Source: a virus (lineage: Duplodnaviria > Caudoviricetes). Taken from it: a stretch of DNA of 48,963 bases. Where the stretch lies: the IMG/VR virus record IMGVR_UViG_3300048575_000440, positions 1-48,963 of that record; one strand, 5' to 3'. Positions 35,820 through 44,657 of this stretch are shown here, in pieces. The first letter of the stretch is position 1. Every line of letters begins with the position of its first letter. The translations under genes were made by a program, and so were the position numbers. Below the pieces are notes generated by a model. That model was not told the DNA's origin. It searched no databases and saw nothing but the letters and a program-made list of their open reading frames with translations.

Positions 35820-36046
35820 CCCAGAAGAATCGAGAGCCTCCGCGACTCGGGCTCGGCGGGGCGTTCCGCAATCCGCTGCGACGCCTTCACGATGAAGAGG
35901 CTGATCGCGTTCTGCGCCATCGCCTCGAGATCGCGCATGGTCAAGCAGTGGATTGGCTGATGGAGACCTCCTCTTCCTTCGAGCCATTCGCCGATTGCCT
36001 TCGCCGCCTCGCGCGTGACATGCGTCTGCCACTCGTCGTCGGTCAT
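35816..36046 (-). CDS. Hypothetical phage protein
   Basis: 76 aa, coupled to downstream gene. Confidence 0.65.
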   Translation of the reverse strand: MTDDEWQTHVTREAAKAIGEWLEGRGGLHQPIHCLTMRDLEAMAQNAISLFIVKASQRIAERPAEPESRRLSILLG

Positions 36047-36059
36047 GTGCCCGGCAGCC

Positions 36060-36767
36060 TCAGCCGTTGAGCCAGGCCGGACCGGGAGCGGAGCCGCCCT
36101 GAGGGGGCTTGGGCGCGCCCTGGTTGGCCCATGGCACGGTGTTTTGCGCCGGCGCAGGGTTCGGTTGGCTGCCCCAGGCCGGCGCGTGGGCGGCGGACTC
36201 CGCGGCTTTGCGCGGCTTGGCGTTGACCGGGTCCGGCTGCACGTTTTCCCCGCGCATGATCGCCGTGTATTGCGGCTCGCCCGGCAGCACGACGTTCGCG
36301 AGCTTGTTCTGGTCCTTGTATTGCGGGTTCGAGGCCGGCTCGACCATGATGCGCGCCGCGAACATGATGCCGTCGAGCTGCTTGAGCCCCTCTATGACCC
36401 GCTTCTGCTTTGCGGCCGGGCTCTCGTCCTTGGGGTCGAGGCCGAGCGCACTGTCGACCATGGCGCGGAACGTGCTCTTCGAGATATTCCAGCCCTTGGA
36501 CTGACCCTTCTCGTCGACCTTGCCGCCGGACACGGTGAAGTTCTGCCAGAACTTCCGCCGGGCATAGCGACCCGCCACGACGGTGAATTCGCAGTCGAGC
36601 ATCTTGGCGTCGCTCGATTGCGAGGCCTTGAGCAGGCCGGCATCCATCGGCGTCGAGCCGTTCACGCCGCCCGGACGGATGCTCATCTTGATCTTGGCGA
36701 AGGTGCCATCTGGAATCAGTTCGCCCATGGGCGCCATCTGCGGCTGAGCGTCGTTGAGGTCGTACAT
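36060..36767 (-). CDS. Putative phage ssDNA-binding protein
   Basis: LIPDGT, LDCEFTV..G.YARRKFW, Pro/Ala/Gln-rich tail ending PAWL; follows Sak4-like ATPase. Confidence 0.7.
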   Translation of the reverse strand: MYDLNDAQPQMAPMGELIPDGTFAKIKMSIRPGGVNGSTPMDAGLLKASQSSDAKMLDCEFTVVAGRYARRKFWQNFTVSGGKVDEKGQSKGWNISKSTFRAMVDSALGLDPKDESPAAKQKRVIEGLKQLDGIMFAARIMVEPASNPQYKDQNKLANVVLPGEPQYTAIMRGENVQPDPVNAKPRKAAESAAHAPAWGSQPNPAPAQNTVPWANQGAPKPPQGGSAPGPAWLNG

Positions 36768-36793
36768 CGGTTCTCTCCTTTGTCTTGCGGAAA

Positions 36794-37645
36794 TCAGGCT
36801 GCGCGAACGTGCGGGACGGGCGTGTTGATCTTGGCGAGCAGCGCGCCGAGGTCCGGCGGCTCGGTCACGTCGAGCCGACCGCTGCGGTCCTTGGCAGGCA
36901 GGCCGAATGGATTGCCGGCGCGGCAGACGAGGCGACGTTCGCTTGCCTTCTCATCGAGCGAGCAGCCGCCGTCGGCGTCGCGCGAGAACAGATGCAGCGA
37001 CATCACCTGGTCGACGATGCCGGGGAGTTCACGTCCGGCCTTCGACCCTTCCATCTGCGGCTGCCACGTGACGACGTTGAACTCGTCCGTCACCTTCTCC
37101 AGCACGCCGACAAAGATCACGGTCTTGCCCGGCGCGTGCTGCAGATGTTTGAGCGCCTGGATCACTTCGCGGCCGAGCAGACCGTAAGCGCCGCGCACAT
37201 CGGGCTTGCCAGTTCGTTCAGAGAAGGCTTCCGGTTGCTGGCGCGCATAGACCATCACCTGGCGCGTGAGATCAGTGATGCTGTCGACGAAGACGATCGA
37301 CTTCGACGCGAGGAACTCCTCGATACCGCTGCCGGCATAGACGCTGCGCGCATGCTGAAGGTGCTGCGCGCTGTACCAGGCATTGGGATCGGCGGCGGGA
37401 TCCGCGCCTCCGATCAGGACGACGAGATCGCGGAAATCGACGAAGCTGCGGATCGGCATGCTGGCGCCCGGCCAGTCCTGGACAGACTTCATGCCAGCTT
37501 CGAGATCGAGGCAGACGGTCTGATCGGGCGGCAAAGTCTTCAAGAGCGAGGTCTTGCCGGCGCCCGGAGGTCCGAAGATGGCGAGCGATGTCTTGTTGTT
37601 CTCGGCCGACAGTCTTTCGTCGGCGGTCACGATGCGGACCGGCAT
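36794..37645 (-). CDS. AAA_24 / Sak4-like recombination ATPase
   Basis: GPPGAGKTS, LDLEAG, FVDSIT, AKDRSGRL. Confidence 0.85.
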   Translation of the reverse strand: MPVRIVTADERLSAENNKTSLAIFGPPGAGKTSLLKTLPPDQTVCLDLEAGMKSVQDWPGASMPIRSFVDFRDLVVLIGGADPAADPNAWYSAQHLQHARSVYAGSGIEEFLASKSIVFVDSITDLTRQVMVYARQQPEAFSERTGKPDVRGAYGLLGREVIQALKHLQHAPGKTVIFVGVLEKVTDEFNVVTWQPQMEGSKAGRELPGIVDQVMSLHLFSRDADGGCSLDEKASERRLVCRAGNPFGLPAKDRSGRLDVTEPPDLGALLAKINTPVPHVRAA

Positions 37646-37780
37646 TGATCTCTTCTCCTCATGCTTGCGCCGGACGTCGGCTCTTCGAACATTGGCTGGA
37701 TCGGGAAACGGCGGGGCGTTGACCGGGCGCCGAAGGATTGCCTGTCCGCTCTTGCGAAACGGACCGCCCCGCCGTTGTTC

Positions 37781-38263
37781 TCACGTGTCCTGGCGCAGTC
37801 GCAGCACGAACGTTGGCTTGCCTGTCTTCACCGTGCGCGCCGACGCGAAGGCAGCGCGGATGTGAGCGGGCCAGGCGGCATATTTTCGTTCGGGTACTTT
37901 GAGTGCGAGCTCGACGTATTCGGACGGGTCCTCGCCGCCAACGCGGATGCGCTCGACGAGAGCGGCAAGCTGGGTCTGGTCCCATTCGACGCGTTTCGGC
38001 AGGTCGGCGATGACTGTCACCGGCCCATCGTCAAAGCGCACCGTGCCTGTATCCTTGTCCTCCGCGGCGCGCGCCGACGCCGCGCGGTCGCGGTATCGCA
38101 GCGCAATGGCGCCTTCGAGCCACTCCTTGAGCCTCTTCGCGGCGAGGAATGCTGCCTCCGCGTCCTCCTGCAGCAGCGCGAGCTGGTCCGCAGGCAGAGC
38201 AGAGATTTCGCCGATCGGCAGCTTCCGAATGTCATCAAGCGAAGGGCGGTTGGCTGCGGTCAT
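37781..38263 (-). CDS. Hypothetical phage protein
   Basis: KDTGTVRF, DLPKRVEWDQ, ARTVKTGKP.F; TAATG coupling. Confidence 0.75.
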   Translation of the reverse strand: MTAANRPSLDDIRKLPIGEISALPADQLALLQEDAEAAFLAAKRLKEWLEGAIALRYRDRAASARAAEDKDTGTVRFDDGPVTVIADLPKRVEWDQTQLAALVERIRVGGEDPSEYVELALKVPERKYAAWPAHIRAAFASARTVKTGKPTFVLRLRQDT

Positions 38264-38616
38264 TACGCGGCCTCCTGAGCGAAGAGCGTCGAGAAAGAGA
38301 GGGCCACACCGGCGGGCCTCGATCGTGCGATGGCGAGATAGCTGAAGGTGTCGTCGCCGATCCGGCGCTGGACGAGATGCACCAGCCCTTGCTCGGCGAG
38401 GCGCCTTGCGCACTCCGCGACATCGATCAGGTCAATGCGATCCTTGAGGCTCATAGGCCGTCCGATTGGAGTGCGATCGAGACCAAGAAAGCCTCGGTGG
38501 TATTCAACCGCTTCGCCGGGCCCGGCTTGGCTCAGCCAGCCGCACAGTTCGATCTCGCTAATGCGCGGACGGCTCGCCGGAAACGGACTGACGTTGCCTG
38601 CAATTCGCGCGTCCAT
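38263..38616 (-). CDS. Hypothetical phage protein
   Basis: EYHRGFL..DR, GLVHLVQRR...FSYLA; start may be GTG 38622. Confidence 0.7.
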   Translation of the reverse strand: MDARIAGNVSPFPASRPRISEIELCGWLSQAGPGEAVEYHRGFLGLDRTPIGRPMSLKDRIDLIDVAECARRLAEQGLVHLVQRRIGDDTFSYLAIARSRPAGVALSFSTLFAQEAA

Positions 38617-38618
38617 CG

Positions 38619-38852
38619 TCACGCCGTCCTGCATGCGCCGAGTGATGCCGGGGCGACATCGCGCCTAATGTTTGCGCGCGATCGCGCTTCGAACGCTTCG
38701 ATGTCTTCGAGCTGATAGACGACGCGCCCACCGATCTTCAGGTACGCGGGCCCGAGGCCAAGCCAGCGCCAACGCTCCAGCGTGCGAGGCGACAGGCTCC
38801 ATCGACGCGAGAGCTCGACCTGATTGAGATGCTTGATCGGACGCTCCGTCAT
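38619..38852 (-). CDS. AlpA/excisionase-like HTH protein
   Basis: LNQ.ELSRRW.LSPRTLERWR..G.GP.YLKIGGRVVY..EDIEAFE. Confidence 0.85.
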   Translation of the reverse strand: MTERPIKHLNQVELSRRWSLSPRTLERWRWLGLGPAYLKIGGRVVYQLEDIEAFEARSRANIRRDVAPASLGACRTA

Positions 38853-39070
38853 GCGGACCTCCGCTGCCGAGCTCGCTTGCGGTCCGTCTGTTTGAATTCC
38901 TCCATGAACGATAGGACCTTTTCGGCGGTCGCGAGCCTCGGCGATCGGCCGCGCCGCAGGGTCATAACGAACGACGGATCGCCGAGCGCTTGACGGCCAA
39001 ACTCGGTCGGCTTGAACCCATAGGCCGCGATAAACGCTTCGACTTGCTCGCGAAATTGCCTGTTGATCAT
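38849..39070 (-). CDS. cro: Cro-like repressor
   Basis: 73-aa HTH (PTEFGRQALGDPSFV..LRRGRSP), divergent from cI. Confidence 0.75.
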   Translation of the reverse strand: MINRQFREQVEAFIAAYGFKPTEFGRQALGDPSFVMTLRRGRSPRLATAEKVLSFMEEFKQTDRKRARQRRSA

Positions 39071-39177
39071 TGCGCATCGGCCTTCCCTGATAGGAATAAG
39101 AAAATCGCAATCGGCCTATTGCGTCAATTGGAAAAGATTGTTAATTTCCTATCCAATCGATCCAAGGAGTTAGCGCC
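39071..39177. promoter_or_regulatory. Lysis/lysogeny switch region (divergent promoters and operators)
   Basis: AT-rich; GATAGGAA (39089) / TTCCTATC (39146) inverted pair plus further CCTAT/CCAAT half-sites; TTGACG on minus strand at 39122-39127. Confidence 0.65.
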
Positions 39178-39891
39178 ATGCACCTCGATCCCGTACGGAC
39201 CCGCGTGCTCAAGCTGATCGAGGATCGTCACACCGACCTGAAGAACGCGTCGCTCGAGATCGGCAAGAACGCCGCTTATTTGCATCAGTTCATCTTCCGT
39301 GGAACGCCGAAAGCGCTGCCGGAAGACGTGCGCAAGCCGCTGGCGGGTTTTCTCGGCGTCGACGAGGACTCGCTGCGGCATCGGCGCGTGCCGCCGCGCA
39401 AGCCTCGCTCAAAGCCAGAGTTTGACGAGACGGGGCAGGTCGCGGCGGCGAGATCGCAGCACATCCCTGAAGGCTTCATCGGCATTGCCGAGATCGACGT
39501 GCGTGCCTCCGCCGGGCCCGGCTCGTTTCACGAGGGCCTCGAGGAAACCAAGGTCACGTGGCTGTTTCCCGAAGCGATGGTGCGGCACGAGTTCCGCGCG
39601 CCGCCGAAAGAGCTTCGGATGATCACGGTCGACGGCGACTCGATGGAGCCGCTATTGTCGAGCGGCGACCGAATCCTCATCGATACCAGTCAGCGCGTGC
39701 CAGTGCCGCCGGGCATCTTCGTGATCTGGGACGGCATGGGGCTCGTAGCGAAGCGTGTCGAGCACATCCCGAACTCTGATCCGCCGAAGGTGCTCATCAA
39801 ATCCATCAATCCGGAATACCAGGCCTACGAGCGCATCGCCGAAGAGGTGAATGTCGTCGGCCGAGTCGTCTGGCTCGCGAGGCGAGTCTGA
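39178..39891 (+). CDS. cI: CI-like repressor, HTH + S24 peptidase
   Basis: SAGPG autocleavage site, GDSMEP catalytic Ser, VAKR Lys, VVGRVVW. Confidence 0.93.
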   Translation: MHLDPVRTRVLKLIEDRHTDLKNASLEIGKNAAYLHQFIFRGTPKALPEDVRKPLAGFLGVDEDSLRHRRVPPRKPRSKPEFDETGQVAAARSQHIPEGFIGIAEIDVRASAGPGSFHEGLEETKVTWLFPEAMVRHEFRAPPKELRMITVDGDSMEPLLSSGDRILIDTSQRVPVPPGIFVIWDGMGLVAKRVEHIPNSDPPKVLIKSINPEYQAYERIAEEVNVVGRVVWLARRV

Positions 39892-39934
39892 TCAGCCGAA
39901 ACTAACCGCGGAGCAGTGTCGCGTGAATTCGAAG

Positions 39935-40159
39935 ATGCTAGATGTTGCCAAATGGTTCGGAACCGGTGCCGGCGTGTCCGGAGCCGTCCTGATCGCACTC
40001 AATCTCGGTTTGGTCGCGTACGGATTTGTTCTCTTCCTTCTCTCATCATCCCTCTGGCTCGCAGCGGCTCTCACCCAGCGGGAGCCGAGCCTAGCGGTTC
40101 TGCAGGGGACCTTCACCGTGATCAACGTGATTGGACTCTGGCGGTGGGTCGGGAGCTGA
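39935..40159 (+). CDS. Small 3-TM membrane protein
   Basis: 74 aa, almost wholly hydrophobic, ends INVIGLWRW. Confidence 0.65.
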   Translation: MLDVAKWFGTGAGVSGAVLIALNLGLVAYGFVLFLLSSSLWLAAALTQREPSLAVLQGTFTVINVIGLWRWVGS

Positions 40160-40163
40160 CGCA

Positions 40164-40676
40164 GTGCACTTTGGGAGCGGACTTCGGCTAGTCGTGATCG
40201 CGGTCCTGGCGTTCGCCGGCACTGCTGCACTCGCTCAGGAAAGGCAGATCGCTGGCGTGGCCAGTGTGATCGACGGCGACACGATCGAAATTCGCGGCCA
40301 GCGCATTCGGCTGTTCGGAATAGATGCCCCGGAAGGTGGCCAACCTTGCCACTGGGCCGATGGCTCGCAGTGGCGATGCGGCCAGCAAGCAGCCTTGGCG
40401 CTGCAGGACTATATCGACCGGCAGCTGGTGGCGTGCGTGCAGCGTGATACTGACCGCTATGGCCGTCTCGTGTGTCGGTGTATGGTAGCTGGGGAGGACA
40501 TCAGCTCTTGGCTAGTCGCGAGCGGGTGGGCGGTCGCCTATACCCGCTTTTCAATGGAGTATGTGCGTGAAGCGCGCGCCCGGGTGGACCGCCGCGGCAT
40601 TTGGTCAGGGACCTTCTTGGCTCCGTGGGATTGGCGTCGAGGGCAACGAGGCGAAATGCCAAGGGAATTGCAGTGA
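40164..40676 (+). CDS. Thermonuclease (SNase) family protein with signal peptide
   Basis: VIDGDT, IRLFGIDAPE, DRYGR, RRGIW; N-terminal ALA-Q cleavage-like site; start approximate. Confidence 0.88.
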   Translation: MHFGSGLRLVVIAVLAFAGTAALAQERQIAGVASVIDGDTIEIRGQRIRLFGIDAPEGGQPCHWADGSQWRCGQQAALALQDYIDRQLVACVQRDTDRYGRLVCRCMVAGEDISSWLVASGWAVAYTRFSMEYVREARARVDRRGIWSGTFLAPWDWRRGQRGEMPRELQ

Positions 40677-41575
40677 TGGAACTTCCGTTGAACCGGACAG
40701 ACTTTGAAGCCCGAGCAATCTCGCCTTTGAAGGAACTTGGGGCTTATGAGGCGCTTTGGGACAAGCCCGGGGCCTCATTCAAGACGATCTCCGAAAAGTT
40801 TGCGGCACGACCGAACGCAGTGCCATCAGATTTCGTGTCGCCATCAGAAGCACGTGAGCTGGCTGCATTTGTCCAACGGCGCTTTCGCGAGGCGGACGTA
40901 AAGCGCTTCGGGGTACGTGTGCATGGGGCTGGAGATTACCCGGAAAAGCTCCGGGATGCTGCGCATCCGGTGGAGCTTCTCTATTATCAAGGTTGGTGGG
41001 ATCTTGCGGAATCCCGTTCAGTTGCGGTTGTCGGAACACGCACACCGAGCGAAGAAGGCGTGGCGCGAGCACGCCGTTTAGTAAAGCGTTTGGTACACGA
41101 CGGCTTCACTGTTGTCTCAGGTCTCGCAGCTGGGATCGATACCATCGCCCATGAGACGGCGATGCATGAGGGTGGACGAACGATCGCAGTTATCGGTACG
41201 CCGCTTTCTCACAATTATCCGAAAGAAAATGCGGGTCTGCAGCGGAGGATTGCGGCCGACTTCCTCGTAATCAGTCAAGTTCCGCTCCGTCGATATGAAC
41301 GACAGGACTATCGCAGGAACCGTCTGTTCTTTCCGGAACGCAATATCACGATGTCTGCGCTAACTGAAGCCACGATCATCGTCGAAGCAGGAGAAACCTC
41401 CGGCACTTTGATTCAGGCTCGTGCAGCGCTGCAGCAGGGACGAAAGCTGTTCATTCTCGACAATTGCTTCCGTAACGACAAGCTGACATGGCCAAAGAAG
41501 TTTGCGGAAAAAGGCGCTATCCGTGTGACTGACTACGATGACATCAAGCAGCATCTTTCCGCAGCGTCTCACTAA
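40676..41575 (+). CDS. dprA: DprA/Smf (SLOG) family protein
   Basis: VAVVGTR, VVSGLA.GID..AH, FPERN, VEAGETSGTL; no C-terminal winged helix. Confidence 0.9.
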   Translation: MELPLNRTDFEARAISPLKELGAYEALWDKPGASFKTISEKFAARPNAVPSDFVSPSEARELAAFVQRRFREADVKRFGVRVHGAGDYPEKLRDAAHPVELLYYQGWWDLAESRSVAVVGTRTPSEEGVARARRLVKRLVHDGFTVVSGLAAGIDTIAHETAMHEGGRTIAVIGTPLSHNYPKENAGLQRRIAADFLVISQVPLRRYERQDYRRNRLFFPERNITMSALTEATIIVEAGETSGTLIQARAALQQGRKLFILDNCFRNDKLTWPKKFAEKGAIRVTDYDDIKQHLSAASH

Positions 41576-42200
41576 AATCGATGACCTCGCGCGGCCTGAT
41601 CATTGGTATCTTACGCCCGAGGACGACTGCTATTTTCTCGGCGAGTATACAGCACGAAAAGGGTTTGCATTCAGCGCGACCAATCAGCTGGTACTGAACT
41701 TCAAGAAATCGGTCTCTACGCGAGGAACGCCTCAGTGGCGGTACAAGGAACAAGCGATTGAACAGGCCGCGGCTGCGTTCCGATCTTCGATTAATGAAGA
41801 ATGGTTGAACCAAGCGACGCTCGTGCCAATCCCGCCATCCAAGGCGAAAGCTGATCCGCTTTACGATGATCGACTGGTTCGAATGTTGCGTGCCATTCGT
41901 CCACATCCTGCTCTGGATGTACGCGAACTGATTGTTCAGACGGCCAGCATGGATGCCGCTCATGGTTTAGACGCGCGCCCGCGACCAGAGGAGCTGGAGG
42001 CGATCTACAGAATTGGCCAAAACTCGGTAGATCCAGTCCCCAAAGTGATTGGCTTGTTTGATGACGTGCTGACTACCGGCGCGCATTATCGGGCGGCCAC
42101 CACCATCTTGCGACGGGCCTTTCCAAATGTGAGCGTTCTGGGCGTATTCATCGCGCGTCGCGTTCCCGAGGCGGCCGATATCGAGGATTTCGAGTTCTGA
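41538..42200 (+). CDS. Phosphoribosyltransferase-like (ComFC-type) protein
   Basis: NFKK, LVPIPPS, PRPP-binding loop LFDDVLTTGAH; overlaps dprA. Confidence 0.85.
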   Translation: MTSSSIFPQRLTKIDDLARPDHWYLTPEDDCYFLGEYTARKGFAFSATNQLVLNFKKSVSTRGTPQWRYKEQAIEQAAAAFRSSINEEWLNQATLVPIPPSKAKADPLYDDRLVRMLRAIRPHPALDVRELIVQTASMDAAHGLDARPRPEELEAIYRIGQNSVDPVPKVIGLFDDVLTTGAHYRAATTILRRAFPNVSVLGVFIARRVPEAADIEDFEF

Positions 42201-42227
42201 CGGGGAGCCGATTCTGGCGGGTGCGGC

Positions 42228-42503
42228 ATGGGTGCTTTCAGTGCTATCTCGCGCTGGTTCGAAAGACGAAGAGCCTTCCGGGCGCTTTGCCGGGAAGAGG
42301 CTCGAAACCTGCTCCAACTGAATCCGCATACTGCTTACTACGACGCGCAGCGGATTGCCGCCCGGGCTCGCTTCTCCGGGGACGGGCAGGCTTTCATTCA
42401 CTGGGCCCGCGTTGCCGCTGAGATCGTGCGGATCAGCAATAACCCGATGGATCGAAAGATCGTCGAGCAGATCGTGGACGAGGAAGAGCGCAGCGCCCGA
42501 TGA
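42228..42503 (+). CDS. Hypothetical helical protein
   Basis: 91 aa; aligns without gaps to the 9347 gene product. Confidence 0.7.
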   Translation: MGAFSAISRWFERRRAFRALCREEARNLLQLNPHTAYYDAQRIAARARFSGDGQAFIHWARVAAEIVRISNNPMDRKIVEQIVDEEERSAR

Positions 42504-42700
42504 AAGGGCGGAAGAAAGTAAGACGCTGACGGATGGTGCGGACAGTTTGATTGCCGAGGAGCGCGCCCATAGTCCTCTCCGAGTTCGCAGCGTTTCGCAC
42601 ACCTGCTTTCTTCATCGCTGCTGTTCGCTGAGCATCTGATTTTGCTGTTTTCTGCCGCTCGGGCGTGATGATCTGACGTCGCATTTGGCGCCGATGTCCG

Positions 42701-42901
42701 ATGAATCCCCTTTGCGCAAACAGCATGTCTGGCGACGAGAGGCTCGTGGAGCTTTGCGAAATCCTCGCCGCTGGTCTCATGCGGTTGCAGGCGCGGAAGT
42801 CCAGTTCTTTATCTGTCTCCTCCGGAGAGAGTTTGCTGGACTGTGCTGCCCACCAGAGCAGTCATGCCGACCGTCTCAAGCCGGATGGAGGCTCGAAGTG
42901 A
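42701..42901 (+). CDS. Small hypothetical protein upstream of DUF2924
   Basis: ERL.ELC.ILA.GL.RL; GTGA overlap with next gene. Confidence 0.6.
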   Translation: MNPLCANSMSGDERLVELCEILAAGLMRLQARKSSSLSVSSGESLLDCAAHQSSHADRLKPDGGSK

Positions 42902-43344
42902 CGGACACGGTCCTGGCCCAACTGGCGGCCCTGAAGACCGCGCCGATCGGGGTACTCAAACAGAAGTGGCGTGACCTCTTCGAGAGCGAGCCGCCCCCAT
43001 ACAACAGGCGCTTCCTCGAACACCGGCTCGCCTACCGCATCCAGGAACTGGCCTACGGCGGGCTCAAGCCTGAAACATTGCGGCGTCTCCGCGAGCTTGC
43101 CGAAGAACTGGACGGCGGCGACCCGAAGCGACGGCGGCAACCCGCCAAGGACCGGCCCATCGCCGGCACGCGCCTCATCCGGGAATTCCAGGGCGTTGAG
43201 CACTGCGTGACGGTACGCGACGACGGCTACGAGTACCAGGGCCGCCCCTACAAATCATTGTCGGCAATCGCGCGCGCGATCACCGGCACGCGCTGGAACG
43301 GGCTCGTCTTCTTCGGGCTGAAGAACCAGCGGGTGGCGCGATGA
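42898..43344 (+). CDS. DUF2924 protein
   Basis: RLAYRIQELAYGGL, GTRLIRE, YKSLSAIARAITGTRWNG..FFG. Confidence 0.9.
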   Translation: MTDTVLAQLAALKTAPIGVLKQKWRDLFESEPPPYNRRFLEHRLAYRIQELAYGGLKPETLRRLRELAEELDGGDPKRRRQPAKDRPIAGTRLIREFQGVEHCVTVRDDGYEYQGRPYKSLSAIARAITGTRWNGLVFFGLKNQRVAR

Positions 43345-44657
43345 AGAAGCCGATCGTGCGCAAGCTCCGGTGCGCGGTCTACACGCGCAAATCGAGCGAA
43401 GAGGGCCTGGAGCAGGAGTTCAACTCGCTCGACGCCCAGCGCGAGGCCTGCGAGGCCTGCATCGCGAGCCAGAAGCCCGAGGGCTGGGTGCTCGTGACCG
43501 ATCACTATGATGACGGTGGCATCTCCGGCGCGACCTTGGAGCGTCCAGGGCTCCAGCGCCTGCTCGCCGACATCGAGGCGCGTCGGGTCGACGTTGTGGT
43601 CGTCTACAAGATCGACCGGCTCAGTCGCGCGTTGATGGATTTCGCCAAGCTCGTCGAGGTGTTCGACCGCAACAACGTCACGTTCGTCAGCGTGACCCAA
43701 TCGTTCAATACGACGACCTCGATGGGGCGTCTCACTCTAAATATCCTGCTCTCGTTTGCGCAGTTCGAGCGCGAGGTGATCGGCGAGCGCATCCGCGACA
43801 AGTTCGCGGCTTCCCGCAAGAAGGGTATGTGGATGGGCGGCTTTGTGCCGCTCGGCTATGACGTGAAGGACCGCAAGCTCGTCGTGAACGAGGCTGAGGC
43901 AAAGAAGGTCCGCGTGATCTTCGAGCGTTTCGTCAAGCTCGGCTCGGCGACTGCGCTGGTGCACGCCTTGCGTTCGGAAGGCGTCACCGGAAAACAGGGC
44001 AAGCTCGTTGACAAGGGCTACGTCTACAAGCTCCTAAACAACCGCGTCTATATCGGCCAGGCGGTGCACAAAGGCACCCCCTACCCGGGCGAGCACCAGG
44101 CCATCGTAAGCCAGTCGCTCTGGGACAAGGTCCGCGGCATCATCGCGCGGAGCCCACGTCATCGTGCAAACCTGACGCGAACGCAGACGCCCGCGTTGCT
44201 CAAGGGCCTGATCTTCGGACCGACCGGGCGTGCCATGACGCCAACGCACACGCGGAGAGGCGACAAGCTGTATCGCTACTACGTCTCGACCGACGCGCTG
44301 AAACGCGACACTGAAGCTTGCCCGGTGCGTCGTGTGCCCGCTGCCGAAATCGAAAGCGCGGTGATCGAGCAGGTGCGTGCCGTGCTGCGCTCGCCCGAGA
44401 TCATCGTGCGCACGTGGCGGGCTGCGCGGCAGTCCATAGAGGGCTTGACGGAGGCTGACGTCCGGGAAGCGCTGGAACGGCTCGACCCGCTCTGGGAGGA
44501 GCTATTCCCGGCCGAGCAGGCTCGCATCGTTCAGCTGTTGGTCGAGCGCGTCGACATCAGCTCCGAGGGAGCGGACATCCGCTTGCGGACGCAAGGGCTG
44601 ACAAGCCTCGTCGCCGACTTGAGCGCGATCCAACCAGAGAATCGGAGGGCGGCATGA
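43341..44657 (+). CDS. Large serine recombinase (integrase)
   Basis: YTRKSS catalytic Ser, DDGGISG, RPGL, YKIDRLSR, recombinase domain, RYYVS. Confidence 0.93.
   Translation: MKKPIVRKLRCAVYTRKSSEEGLEQEFNSLDAQREACEACIASQKPEGWVLVTDHYDDGGISGATLERPGLQRLLADIEARRVDVVVVYKIDRLSRALMDFAKLVEVFDRNNVTFVSVTQSFNTTTSMGRLTLNILLSFAQFEREVIGERIRDKFAASRKKGMWMGGFVPLGYDVKDRKLVVNEAEAKKVRVIFERFVKLGSATALVHALRSEGVTGKQGKLVDKGYVYKLLNNRVYIGQAVHKGTPYPGEHQAIVSQSLWDKVRGIIARSPRHRANLTRTQTPALLKGLIFGPTGRAMTPTHTRRGDKLYRYYVSTDALKRDTEACPVRRVPAAEIESAVIEQVRAVLRSPEIIVRTWRAARQSIEGLTEADVREALERLDPLWEELFPAEQARIVQLLVERVDISSEGADIRLRTQGLTSLVADLSAIQPENRRAA

Noticed and set aside
40676-42200. DprA + ComFC-like genes as a natural competence locus
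   Set aside because: DprA lacks the C-terminal winged helix, the PRTase lacks the ComFC Zn finger, no other competence genes, prophage accessory context.
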